Shown: one piece after another, positions 24,438 through 36,400 of the stretch
Layout: each line of letters opens with the position of its first letter
How positions within the stretch are numbered: the first letter of the stretch is position 1
Origin: Tubiluchus corallicola
Lineage: Eukaryota > Animalia > Priapulida
Assembly (NCBI GenBank): GCA_030141605.1
Contig: JAQGDQ010000777.1
Span: 32,763-96,762, forward strand
Length of the DNA: 64,000 nucleotides
Reading direction: 5' to 3'
Position numbers and translations under genes: made by a program
The notes under the pieces: generated by a model
What the model was told of the DNA's origin: nothing
The model's input: only the letters and a program-made list of their open reading frames with translations
Databases searched by the model: none

Positions 24438-27400
24438 AGTGTACTGGCAATCACAATTTAGACAAGTGTGAAAGATTCATGGAGCTAGATGCCGAGAATA
24501 AAACAAAGCTTGTTAAAGAAAAGAAATTATGTTTCAACTGTTTAAAGGCTAAACATTTTTCCAGAACGTGCAATCGCCCAGGTTGTGCAGTGGAGAACTG
24601 CAATATGAAACATTCAAAGCTGTTACATGAGGCCTTCACATTGGACAAGTCTGATGTTCAGCAAAATGAGAAGAAGCTTACTGAGGCAAGTAGTTGTGCC
24701 TGCAAGTCAATGCAGACTTCTACAAGAACTTCTTTGCCTGTTGTTGCAGTTTTTGTCAAAACATCTGAACATGCCAAGGGAATGGTTACTCATGCTTTGT
24801 TAGATCCTGGCAGTAACAAGTCATTTTGTTCCCGACAATTAGTTGAGAAGCTTGGCCTGCAAGGACACGAGCAGACTTTGTCATTATCAACTTTGAATAA
24901 TGGGTCAATGGTTAAGGCACTGGAAATATCTCTGTATGTCAGTCCGACCTTTGGCAAACCAGTTGATAGAGAAGTCATTTATCTTTCTAAAGTTTATGCC
25001 TTGGAGAAATTTCCATCTTTGCGGGATAGCGTGGTTACCAGTTCAGATGTATGTAGTTGGGAGCATTTAAAGAATTTACGACTAGCTAACATGAGGCCAG
25101 CAGAAGATGTCTTATTACTGATTGGACAAGACTGTGCTCATGCATTTAAGCCTCTGCAAGTAAAGGCAGGGAATTCCGGAGAACCATATGCTGTACGGAC
25201 GCCATTGGGCTGGGTTGTGAATGGACTTCATAATCTTGATTCTCAGAATTTGAATGCTGTCGTCAATGTCGTGCAATCTGATGAAGACTTAACAATCCAA
25301 GTGAAAAGATTTTGGGAGGTTGATTCATTGGATAATGTCGACCAGCGCAGTATGTCACTTGAGGACAAGGAAGTGCTAAATGTGTGGGACAGTTCAGTGC
25401 AACTAATAGATGGTCACTATAACTTGGACATACCATTTAAAGTGAATCCTCCTGATCTGCCCGATAATCGCAAGATTGCTGAGAAGCGCCTTCAGTCATT
25501 GAAGTATCGGCTCTCAAAGGACCCTGAGCTGCATAAAAAATATACACTACGCATGAAGGAGCTTCTAGAAAAAGGTTATGCAGAGAAAGTTGCAGCATGT
25601 GACTTAGAAGGAACACCTGGATTTGTGTGGTACCTCCCGCATCATGGTGTAGTGAATCCGAATAAGCCAAAACTTCGCATTGTCTTTGATTGCTCCGTCC
25701 TGTTTGAAGAGATTTCTTTAAATAAAGCTGTCAAACAAGGGCCCGACTTGACAAACGGTTTGCTAGCTGTTCTGATTCGATTTCGGGAAGGCCCTGTGGC
25801 ACTTATGTCTGACATAGAGGCCATGTTTAACCAGGTTGTAGTATCCAAACATCATCGAGATGTTTTGCGGTTTTTGTGGTACCCAGATGGTGACTTGACA
25901 AAACAACCACAGGTCTACAGGATGACGAGGCATCTTTTTGGAGGTAATTGGAGCCCCAGTTGTGCTACATATGCTTTGCAGAAAACTGCCCTGGATAACA
26001 TTCACGAGTTTGACAGCAAGATTATTGATGCAGTGCTTCGTGATTTTTATGTTGACGACTGTTTGAAGAGCTTTTTGACTGATGATGATGCCACTGAGTT
26101 TGTAGTTAAATTGACAGAGTTGTTAGCCCGTGGTGGGTTCCATATAACTAAATGGATTAGCACTAGTGTCAAGGTACTCGAAATGGTTCCTGAAGAGGAT
26201 AGAGCTGAATCTGTTCGAGAAATTGACATTTGAAAAGGTTCCTTGCCATTAGAAAGAGCTCTGGGCTTACGTTGGAATGTGGACAGAGATGAACTTTGTG
26301 TCCAAGCCAAATTAAAGGAGAAGCCACTCACAAAGCGAGGTTTATTGAGTGTTCTTTCTTCCGTGTATGATCCTTTGGGTCTAGCCTGTCCCGTTACACT
26401 TGTAGCAAAGAAGCTCTTTCAGCAAGAAAGCAGACTAAGGAAAGAATGGGACAGCCAGTTGTCTACTGATGTTCAATACCACTGGATTAACTGGATGAAG
26501 CAAGCTACAAATTTAGATCAGTTTGGTGTTGAGAGATGCTTCATGCCAAAGAACTTTGGACATGTGCTGAGATGTGAATTGCATGTCTTTGGAGATGCAT
26601 CTGAGGATGCTTATGCTGCTGTGGCATATATGCGGCTTGTGAATGCTGATGAGGAGATACACTGCTGTCTTGTTTTGGCCAAAGCACGGCTAGCTCCCAT
26701 GCATAGAATGACTGTTCCTAGGCTAGAGCTATCGGCAGCTGTACTTGCTGTTAAGATCGGCCAGACAATCTCGCGTGAGTTGAGAACCGACATAGATGAG
26801 ACCTGGTACTGGACTGATAGCAGTATAGTTCTGGGCTACATACACAACACTGATAAACGCTTCAAAACGTTTGTAGCTAACAGGCTGGGTATTATACATG
26901 AAGCTTCTATGCCTTCTCAATGGCACCATATCAGAAGTGAGGACAACGTTGCTGATGATGCTTCAAGAGGCTTGTCAGTTGATGAACTACTTCAGCAGAA
27001 AAGATGGATTAATGGTCCTGAGTTTTTGTGGTTGCCAAAATCTGAATGGATAGAACTCGAGGTAAAAAATTTGCATCATCCAGAAATGGAAATCAAGCGT
27101 GAAAGTGCGAAGTCTCAGAAAGTTGTATCATGTGGTGCAGTGGCATCAGTAGAAGCCGAGTCGGATGCTTTAGAAAATATGTTTAAGAGGCACTCATCGT
27201 GGTACAGGCTGCGAAAATCTGTCGGCTGGATCCTGCGGCTGCGGAACATTTTACTGAGCAAAGCTAGAGGAATGGATGCTAAGTCCTTTGATGCCAGTTT
27301 ATCTGTTGAAGAACTGCAGCAGGCAGAGATCAGCATTGTCAAATATCTACAGTACAAGTGCTTGAAAAATGATGATGTAATGAAAACTCTGAGGAAGTTA

Positions 27401-28597
27401 AATCCTGTCATAGATTCCAATGGAGTGATGTGTGTAGGGGGCCGTGTGAAGAGCATGCACCAGATGATTCTGCCTAAACATCATCACATAGTAGACCTGA
27501 TTATACGTGAAGCACATGAAATGTCAGGACATTCTGGACGAGAGTATGTGGTTGCCAAGCTGAGACAGAAGTACTGGATCATCAAGGTTAGAACCAGAGT
27601 CAGATCACTCTTATCGAGCTGCATAGTCTGTAGACGACGTGATGGTGTTCCATTGTCTCAAAAAATGGCTGATCTGCCAGATGATCGCGTGTCTCCAGCT
27701 CTATCTGCCTTCACAGCTGTTGGTGTGGACTGCTTTGGTCCGTTTTTTGTCAAAAGAGGTCGGTCAGAGATGAAGAGATACGGATGTGTCTTCACTTACC
27801 TGACAATTCGTGCTGTTCACATAGAGGTACTACATTCCCTGGAGACTGATAGTTTCATTAATGCTCTTTTCAGATTTATTTCTCGCCGTGGGCCTCCGTC
27901 TGTCATCCGATCTGACAATGGCACTAACTTTGTCGGTGCAGAGAAAGAATTGAGATCAGCAATATGCAACTGGGATCAGCAGAAGATTACAGATGTTCTA
28001 CGGAAGCGTCATGTACAATGGATCTTTAACACACCAGGTGCATCCCATCATGGTGGAGCTTGGGAAAGGATGATCCGATCCATTCGCAGAGTTGCCTTTT
28101 CTATATGCAGTGAGCAAAGGCTTGACGATGAAAGCTTGCCTACTCTGATGTGCATGGTAGAGTCCATTATAAATGATAGGCCGATCACAACAGTGTCAGA
28201 TGATCCAAATGATCTTGAGGCTCTCACTCCAAACCACTTACTGTTGTTAAGAGCTGGATCAGTACCTGTCAAGCTCTTTGATTATTCTGACTTATATAGG
28301 CGAAGATGGCGCCAGGTACAGTATTTGACAGATGTCTTTTGGCGGCGATGGACTCATGAATATCTTCCGATGCTGCAACAATTCTAAAAGTGGGAGAAGC
28401 AGAAGGAAAATCTCAAGTGTGGAGATGTTGTTCTATTAATCGACAACACCTTGCCAAGAAACCGTTGGGAACTTGGACGGATTATGGATACTTATCCGGG
28501 TAAAGATGGCTTGGTCCGCTCTGTGTTGCTCAAGACAAAGTCGTCAACTCTGAAACGGCCTGTGCAGAAACTTTGTCTGCTTGAGCGTGTTTCATAA
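24438..28597 (+). pseudogene. BEL Gag zinc knuckles + protease + RT + RNase H + integrase, with in-frame stops at 26231 and 28385
   Basis: CFNCLKAKHFSRTC; PR LLDPGS; RT FYVDD; RNaseH VFGDASE; IN HHCC, VDCFGP, SDNGTNF, WERM; the frame continues through both stops to TAA at 28597. Confidence 0.92.
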
Positions 28598-28695
28598 ACT
28601 GTTTTTTTGTGTTCCAAAATGAGGTTAAAGTTTAATGATTGATAAATATTTTGTTATGTTTCATGTTCCAGATAGAACATTCAAAGGGGGCGGGG

Positions 28696-29111
28696 TGTTG
28701 CAGGTGCAAATGTTTTGGTCCATTACCTCTTCTCAAGGTAGTATGTGCATTAGAAGCCACAACATATTAGACTGTAGCTCAACCTCTAGACTACTTTTTC
28801 TACTCTGACATTGTATAGGTGGAACTTGTCATGTACGCACGTCTTTGTTGCATTTAAAAATTGTCTTATAATTATACTGCTACCTTTTACTGACATTCTG
28901 GCTTTTTCTCGACTCAATATTGGACCAACAATGTATGTATTCATTTTAGCTTTTTTAGTGTAACGTAGTAATCTGTAGCACTTATTTTCTAGCACTTTCA
29001 TTTCACTAGATTTGTAGATGTAGTAGTTGTAGACTACAGAAAATTTGTATTTTTGCAGAATAAACGACATAGATATGGGAACGCAACTTTGATTTGAGCA
29101 TATACATTACA
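28696..29111 (+). repeat. BEL 3' LTR
   Basis: Follows the PPT; TGTTG...TTACA; contains AATAAA. Confidence 0.93.
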
Positions 29112-29626
29112 ATACCATAAGAATTAGTGGACCCTAAAAATTGCACATTAAGATCGCCTCCCAAAAATTCGATTTGTACATATGTATATACAGTATATTA
29201 TATTAACGGTAAGCTAAAGATGATGAAAATACTGAGACGAAAACCCTAACCTAAAAATAACTGAGACTCTAAACTCGGTTACTACCCCAAAAATCGCACC
29301 TTAATAAGATTGCCTCCCAAAAATTTGCTTTGTACGTAAGTATATACGATATATTATATTGAGGGTAAGCTAAAGATGATGAAAATACTGGCACAAAAAC
29401 CCTAACCTAAAAATAACTGAGACTCTAAACTAACCCAAAATCTCTGGAAAATACTGGGAGATGTAAAAGTTTAATAGCGTCCAATTCTTTATGATTTCTA
29501 GTACAAGTGACTTACCATTTGAACCGATTTCGGTATGTTTAATCGTTGTGCTTTTTAGCTCATAAAGTGTGTACACAGGGACCGTTTTTAATAGCAAGTA
29601 GTCGTTTTTGGAAGGTGAACGCAGAA

Positions 29627-29678
29627 CACTGGTTTTGGTAAAGCCTACGTCACACTGGTTCTGGTAAAGCCTACGTCA
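29627..29678 (+). promoter_or_regulatory. 26-bp tandem duplication with two CRE-like TACGTCA motifs, 30 bp upstream of the candidate ATR ATG
   Basis: cactggtt(t/c)tggtaaagcctacgtca x2; function is inferred from position only. Confidence 0.35.
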
Positions 29679-29708
29679 CTGACTATGCCTCTTCCTGCAC
29701 CGAACCAG

Positions 29709-29734
29709 ATGTCCGAGTGCGAAAGCCAGGAAAG
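29709..29734 (+). CDS. ATR: ATR exon 1 (candidate start, MSECESQE)
   Basis: ATG at 29709; phase 2 donor ag|gtttgt matches the exon 2 acceptor phase. Confidence 0.55.
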
Positions 29735-32700
29735 GTTTGTAGCCATAAATATGAAACTGTACTTTATTACGTAACTGTGCAGATATCATAAAGTTACACC
29801 TGAAGGGAGAAATCTTCTGAAATTTGATTTGTTTCAGATTGATATTTTTCATATAGGTTGTTCGTCGTCTTGCGACTGCTATCGGTTTCGGCCGGTTGGT
29901 TGTAAGACGGCTTGTATTTGTGACAACCTATACTAGTTTGCTGACGAGTAACAAACGTCGCTAGTCCTTTTTCTTCCAAGAGATGTTCCAAGAAAAAGAA
30001 CTAGCGACACTTGTTACTCAGCAGCAGACTAATACTGTACCTGCAGGTGTCATGAAGCAGCCATGTTTAAACAAGATGCATGTCTTTCTGCGTATTCCAA
30101 GAAAAAGAACTAGCGACACTTGTTACTCGGCAGCAAACTAGTACTGTACCTGCAAGGGTCGTGAAGCAGTCATGTTTAAACAAAATGCATGTCTTTCTGC
30201 ATGTTCCAAGAAAAAGAACTAGCGACACTTGTGACTCGGCAGCAAACTAGCACTGTACCTGTAGGTGCCATGAAGTAGCCATGTTTAAACAAGATGCATG
30301 TCTTTCTGCATGTTGCAAGAAAAAGAACTAGCGACACTTGTGACTCGGCAGCAAACTAGCACTGTACCTGTAGGTGCCATGAAGCAGCCATGTTTAAACA
30401 AGACTATTTTAAACATGTTTAGACTTTGATTCGGATTCGGAAATGCTGAAAGTCGACTTGATTTGATTTCGAAAGTCGCAAGTTCGATTCGATTCGAATC
30501 ATCATGCAACACGATGTTTGTGGCATGACGTGAGCCTAGTGCATCATCTGTGACGAGTCACTAAACCAGCAGAGATGTCTCAGCACATTCAGATGTATGT
30601 ACATTCTCCTTGTGCGAGGTGAACAGCCTGGATCAGTATGGCAAATGTCCACATCACTTCACTTCACTCGCGGTTATGACCACATGATTGTGAGGTCTGA
30701 ACACCGCCCAAAATATTCATTGCAGTAAATAAGTTATTGATTTATGCGTCTGCTTCTTAAACCTGATTGGTTATTTTACTGCAGTGTACGCGAGGATAAA
30801 GAGCTCGAAGAGATTCGACAGTTCAGGTCTACCATCTTGGAAACAGTGCAGCGCGTCCAAGCTGTAAAAGCAGGTAAGCGTTCAGCACTTCGCTGTAAGT
30901 TTCATTCTTGTGTGTACAACTGTTGTTCGTGCTCGTGAAATTCCTGCGCCGTGGAGTCGGATTTGGGAGTAACCCTCATGGGGGCCTTGCTCCTCAACCC
31001 CAATTTTTTGCAGTTTGTCATTCTCATCCCTGCAGTCATTATCAATCGCTGGAACTGTGAAAGGGCTTGTTGCAGTTTTGTCACTGTTCTTTCAGATATT
31101 TTGAATTAGTATGCTCACTCTATGTAACATTTTAACAAGAATGAAGAAAATAGTATTGGCCAATGTTTACCTAAAGGGCAAGAAAAGGGGTACCTGAAGT
31201 AGGTTTCAGAAAAATCGCCTTAAAAAATTATATTACCTTACGCCAATTTTATGCGCATATTGTATTCGAAAGGAATTTTCGTTTGTCTTCATTTTAAATC
31301 TCGTGCAACACTGTTCCGACGGCGCCATTACATGACTCCACGTAAATCAGGGGAAGAAAAGGCAATGTTAAATTATGACCCAAAAAACATTCCATGCAAA
31401 TTTATAATACTTAGCATTTTACTTACCTGCTGGAAAGACTTATGTAACGAAACTAATAATTTAAAATGTTTGTGCCAATTGGTAACATGTCACTGACTCA
31501 CCCTCCAGGGTGCGCCACTCACTAGCCAAGAACGTATTTTTAATCTTATTGACAAGATATAGTAATTTGAAATTTTACTTAACTAGCAACTTAATGTATG
31601 CTACGAATGCTCTGATTATTTTTTCAAATTTTACTCAATGTTATCAAAACTTGTTTAAAATGATCTACGATTAAAATGGCTGTGTCTAACGGTCATCGGG
31701 GGAGTTTAAATTTACAAATTTTATACAGCGTTACGGCCGATGCAAGGATAAAGAGCTCTGCATACGAAATGGTAGTATGTAAGTGGTATAAAATTTCAAG
31801 ACGAATTTTTTAAGCTTAATGTAAGTGGAGGGTTTTCTCAATATCTTTAATCAATATCTCATTTTTTCAGATGTTGAAGATGCCGGAGACCTGACAATGA
31901 AACTTCTGCATTGCGTGCACAAATTCATGATTGACAATCCTAAAATATTCGTCGAGTCTGTTGGCCGGGCATCAACCGAGGCTGTCAACCAATCACGCGG
32001 CAAGTGAATTTAGTAAAGAGACACTTTTGCCAAAGATTTAAATCATTTATGAAATGATGCTAAAAGCATTTTTGTTACCATTTTACCATTTTGTGAAGTC
32101 TCTTTTAGGAACAAAGCGATCTGGTTTTTTATAGCTGTATGGCATATAAATTAATGTCTGCTCGGTGTCTTGTCTTAAAAAGATAGCCTTGATCATGACC
32201 TGGATTCCAGTCTTGCCACACACACACACGTTAAGTATGCCCTGCATTCCTTAATAAGCTACCCTCTTTAGCACCAGGCCAGACATGACTTATTTACAAA
32301 TCTCTGCACTCATTTCTCAGCTTTTAACATCAATGTTTACAGTCTTGCATCAAATGAACTTGTACGTTTGTTCCTGCACGGGAACCATACCCTAGATAAT
32401 TTTTGTAATAATCTAATTCTTGTACATTAGTTATAAGCATTATGGCCACAATGTCCTATTGGTGGTACACATTTACCATTTCACATGCCTTTATATTTAT
32501 TCTTTGTTTAAACTTGAAAATTTTATTTTTTTGCCTCAGTTAAGTGCTGGAATAATTTACCTCTTGATATCCGTAACTCTAACTCTTTAAACGTCCTTAA
32601 ATCTCGACTAAAAAATCATATGTGTTTTAATAAGCTGCCTAATTACTTTTCAAGTGGTACTCGAAATTCACCTGTACACCATACTAGAATGAGAGTTGGT

Positions 32701-33384
32701 TTTTGTCAACTTAATTATGATTTGTACTTCAGAAAATGTAAAAATTATGACGGATCGCTGGTATCACCTAGCTGTCAATGTGGTTCTGCTTATGAAACAG
32801 TCGGTCATTACTTAATTAGCTGCCCTCTACCACTAGCCCAGACATGCCTTATTTACAAATCCCTGCCCTCTTTTGTCAGCTTTTAACATAGGGAACCATA
32901 CCCTAGATAATTCTGTGAACACTCAAATTTTTGTTTTAGTGCAGTTTTTACTTCAAAGACACTAACCGCTTTAAATAGTTATAACTTTGTTACTCTTGTT
33001 ACATAGTAATGTTCATGTTTACTGCGACATTTTTGTACATTGTGGTCACCATTGTTCTGCATCTGTCGAGCATTTCGCTCCCACTAGGAGAGAACATATG
33101 TCAGTTCTGTCTGTTTCAAGCCTAGATGTTACACATTCATTAAATTATGTTTAAACCACGTAGGCCTTGCCATCGCGTGTGAGTAAAACAGCAATGGCAG
33201 TAACCTTTTTTGTGAGCAGTGTGTTCGTCTGGGACACCAGAAACGTAATGGTGCAAGCGCTTAGCAAGTTTTACTTCTGGTTCTTGCCATTTATTATATG
33301 CACGCTGTCATATAATCATTATTATTAATATCTATTTTCCCCAGTGTTTCTTGATATTGTATTTGTATTTACACTTCCAAATAA

Positions 33385-33418
<34 letters not shown>

Positions 33419-36400
33419 AATTTGTTCTAGATTACACTGTTTGGCTGTTCGGTGCAGTGCTGCGGATAGCCAGCGAGGAGAAGGCATCGGACGTTCGCCG
33501 CCAGTGCGAGGATGAACTGCATGCGTTGCTGATGCTGGTGAAGATGCACAATTCTGTCATGTTTTCTCATCTCGTAGCAGAACTCATCGGCGTCATTTCC
33601 GGTATGTGCGTGATGTTTACGGAGCAAACTTGCCTAAATTAGTGCACTTGTTAATTAATAAGTTAATTAATATTATTTAGTAAATTAAGGTCACCTTAAC
33701 TTAATGATATTTGTACAGTAAGTCCTTGCTTAACGACGATAATGCGATCCAGCAAAATGCGACATTAAGCAAAATGAAGCTAAGACTTCCATAGAAAGTA
33801 ACATAAAGGAACTGAGATACAATTTAGAGGTAAAAATCAATGCTGCTTAAATCACATAAACTGAACGTTTTATAAGTTTTTTCATGGTTTCTACTAATTA
33901 ATTTCGTTCTACTTGCTTGAAACCATCTTTCTTTCTTACCAATACGTACCTAGCTAGCGGTTTCTCTTTCATTGAGGTTTAAGCCTAGGCAGCCATTAAA
34001 CAATAAACACTGCAGAGTCAAAGTCAAGCCCAGGTAACTTACCTTGCATATAAGGGACTCTATGGTCAAAGCGAAATTAATCGATTTTTAACTTCAATTT
34101 TTTGCAAACTCCGCCTTCGAACAGCTTGGTTGCCGCGGTCACATACATCTCGCATCACTGAAGTAGCTTCCTACATACCGTTTGCACTGAATGTGTAGCA
34201 ATAATCCATAAAAATGTAGTATTGCATGCACATATAAAGCTGCTTACTGTATTTGTACATGTGGCATCTGCGTGGCAACTATCTGTGTTAGTATCACACT
34301 CATTTATATCTGGCAGAACAGAGAAATAAGTATTATTTTCAATGCAGCAACATGTTTTGCAGACATGAAGCTCAGTAAACTGTGACATCATTATGCTCAG
34401 CTGGTTGCCCTTCAGATATGTACATATTTTCTATCATATTTTTTGCAAGGACACTAGACAAAGGTCTGGATGCACCCTCGGTCTGACTCAACTTCGGCTA
34501 TAAGGGACATCGGATATAAGGGAAGATTTTTTCCGGTCCGGAGGTGTCCCTTATATCCGAGGTTGGCTGTATTTGCTTTTCATTACATTCGACATGTGGT
34601 TTTTCTTTGTGCCATTAATCCAAATTACAAAAAATTATACTGGTAAACTGCAACATTTCTCCACCCTTTGGTGACGAAGACAATAAAGTGCAATGAATTG
34701 ATCTAATTCTGCCTGTTCTCGTTATAGTCAAATTAAACTAAATCAGTGTGTCTTGTTTTGAAAGATTTATCGAACATGTCGGTTGGATATCCGCAACTGC
34801 TCTGCCGATTTTGCGTAAAAAACGGCGACGATGCCCGCACGCAGCCTCGGTTGGACAGTCCCGGCGTCGTCGTTTCTAGTCACGAACACCGCCACCAGCT
34901 GCAGCTCATACTCACCGACGTCCTGCGCAGATTTCACTTCGAGATCATCACGAGTTTGAAGCGACCGACGGGCATTGATGCGAACTTGGTGTACCTTCTT
35001 TGCCAACAGCTAAGTGCTGGTAGTCTCCCGCTGAAAATGGTAGGTATTTGTACATATACATGTGTGTTGTACGTATAAATATAGTTAGTTATTTTAACTG
35101 ATTGTGGTGTGTTAAATTGTATTAAACCTTTCACTACGTAGTTGCTTTTTAACTGGGCCGGGCCGTATTGCGTTTTGCACACTTGACGATAACTTCTTGT
35201 GGTGTGTTACTAAAATACAATCTTGTAAATAGACGAATGCTGATCTGTTATTAAACACGAATTCTGAATACAGTAATCGCCGTTTAATAGACTCACCTTG
35301 GGACCGACGTGTTTTGACCCAATTTAACCGATTGAACCTATTAACCGATGGATGTAGTATTACTGTTATAGTAGTATAAGTCATCAGCTTACTATGTACT
35401 GCAAAGGCTTTTAATCAATTTTAGAAACGAAGTAATGTCTAAATTCCTTTATGCAGTTAAAATAAAAAAAAATTTAAATATTAATTTATATAATGAATTA
35501 ACAATAAATTCAAAAGTAAACTTTTCTAAATCACACAAGTCTGTTAATTTGCAAAAATTACAAAAATTCCTTCAAAGTTAGCTGCTTCATTTTCTCGCGA
35601 AGAAGTTGGCTCACAAAGTTCTCGTAATTATAAAAACATTGAAAATCTGTTGCTATGTGATGCACGCATTCTCGTAAGACATTTAGCGCTTGGCATGCCT
35701 AAAATAAATAACTGAAAGTATTTTGTGCACAAAGCATATTTAGAAAAAGTCATAGAAAAGGTTTACTGGGATGCGTATGGTAAAAGGGTAAAATGCAAAA
35801 AACCGGTCTGGGGGTAATTTTTTATCCCCCGGTGACCCTATAAAGGTTAAGTTGAATGCTAAGAAAGAAAAAACAGCTGAAATCAGCGTGGTAATCGAAA
35901 CCGTCCAGAGCATTCATTAAACCCAGCCGTCACCAATACATTTGCTAACCAGAGCCCAGAGCCAGCATTGTTTAACTTTGGTTGCAAAACCACTCCGGAA
36001 GCCATTCGCCTCATCAGTCTTTGCGTTTCTAGGCAACGATAGACTGTCTAACCAGCTTATTTCAGAGGAACGATAGGTGGCTTCAGTATGGTCACCAATA
36101 CATTTGCTAACCAGAGCCCAGAGCCAGCATTGTTTAACATTGGTTGCAAAACCGCTCCAGAAGCCATTCGCCTCATCAGTTTAACCAGCTTATTTCAGAG
36201 GAACGATAGGTGGCTTCAGTATGGTCACCAATACATTTGCTAACCAGAGCCCAGAGCCAGTATTGTTTAACTTTGTTTGCAAAACCGCTCCGGAAGCCAT
36301 TCGCCTCATCAGTTTAACCAGCTTACTTCAGAGGAACGATAGGTGCCTTCAATATGGTCACCAATACATTTGCTAACCAGAGCCCAGAGCCAGCATTGTT

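Larger units (their letters stand above)
15619..29111 (+). mobile_element. BEL/Pao LTR retrotransposon, full length, interrupted by a nested element and carrying two premature stops
   Basis: TG...CA LTRs at 15619-16035 and 28696-29111; PPT aaagggggcgggg; single Gag-PR-RT-RNaseH-IN reading frame with Pao-type motifs. Confidence 0.96.

Noticed and set aside
29241-29410. Telomere-like aaccctaacctaa motifs
   Set aside because: There are only two short copies, inside a ~177-bp local duplication; this is not a telomeric array.
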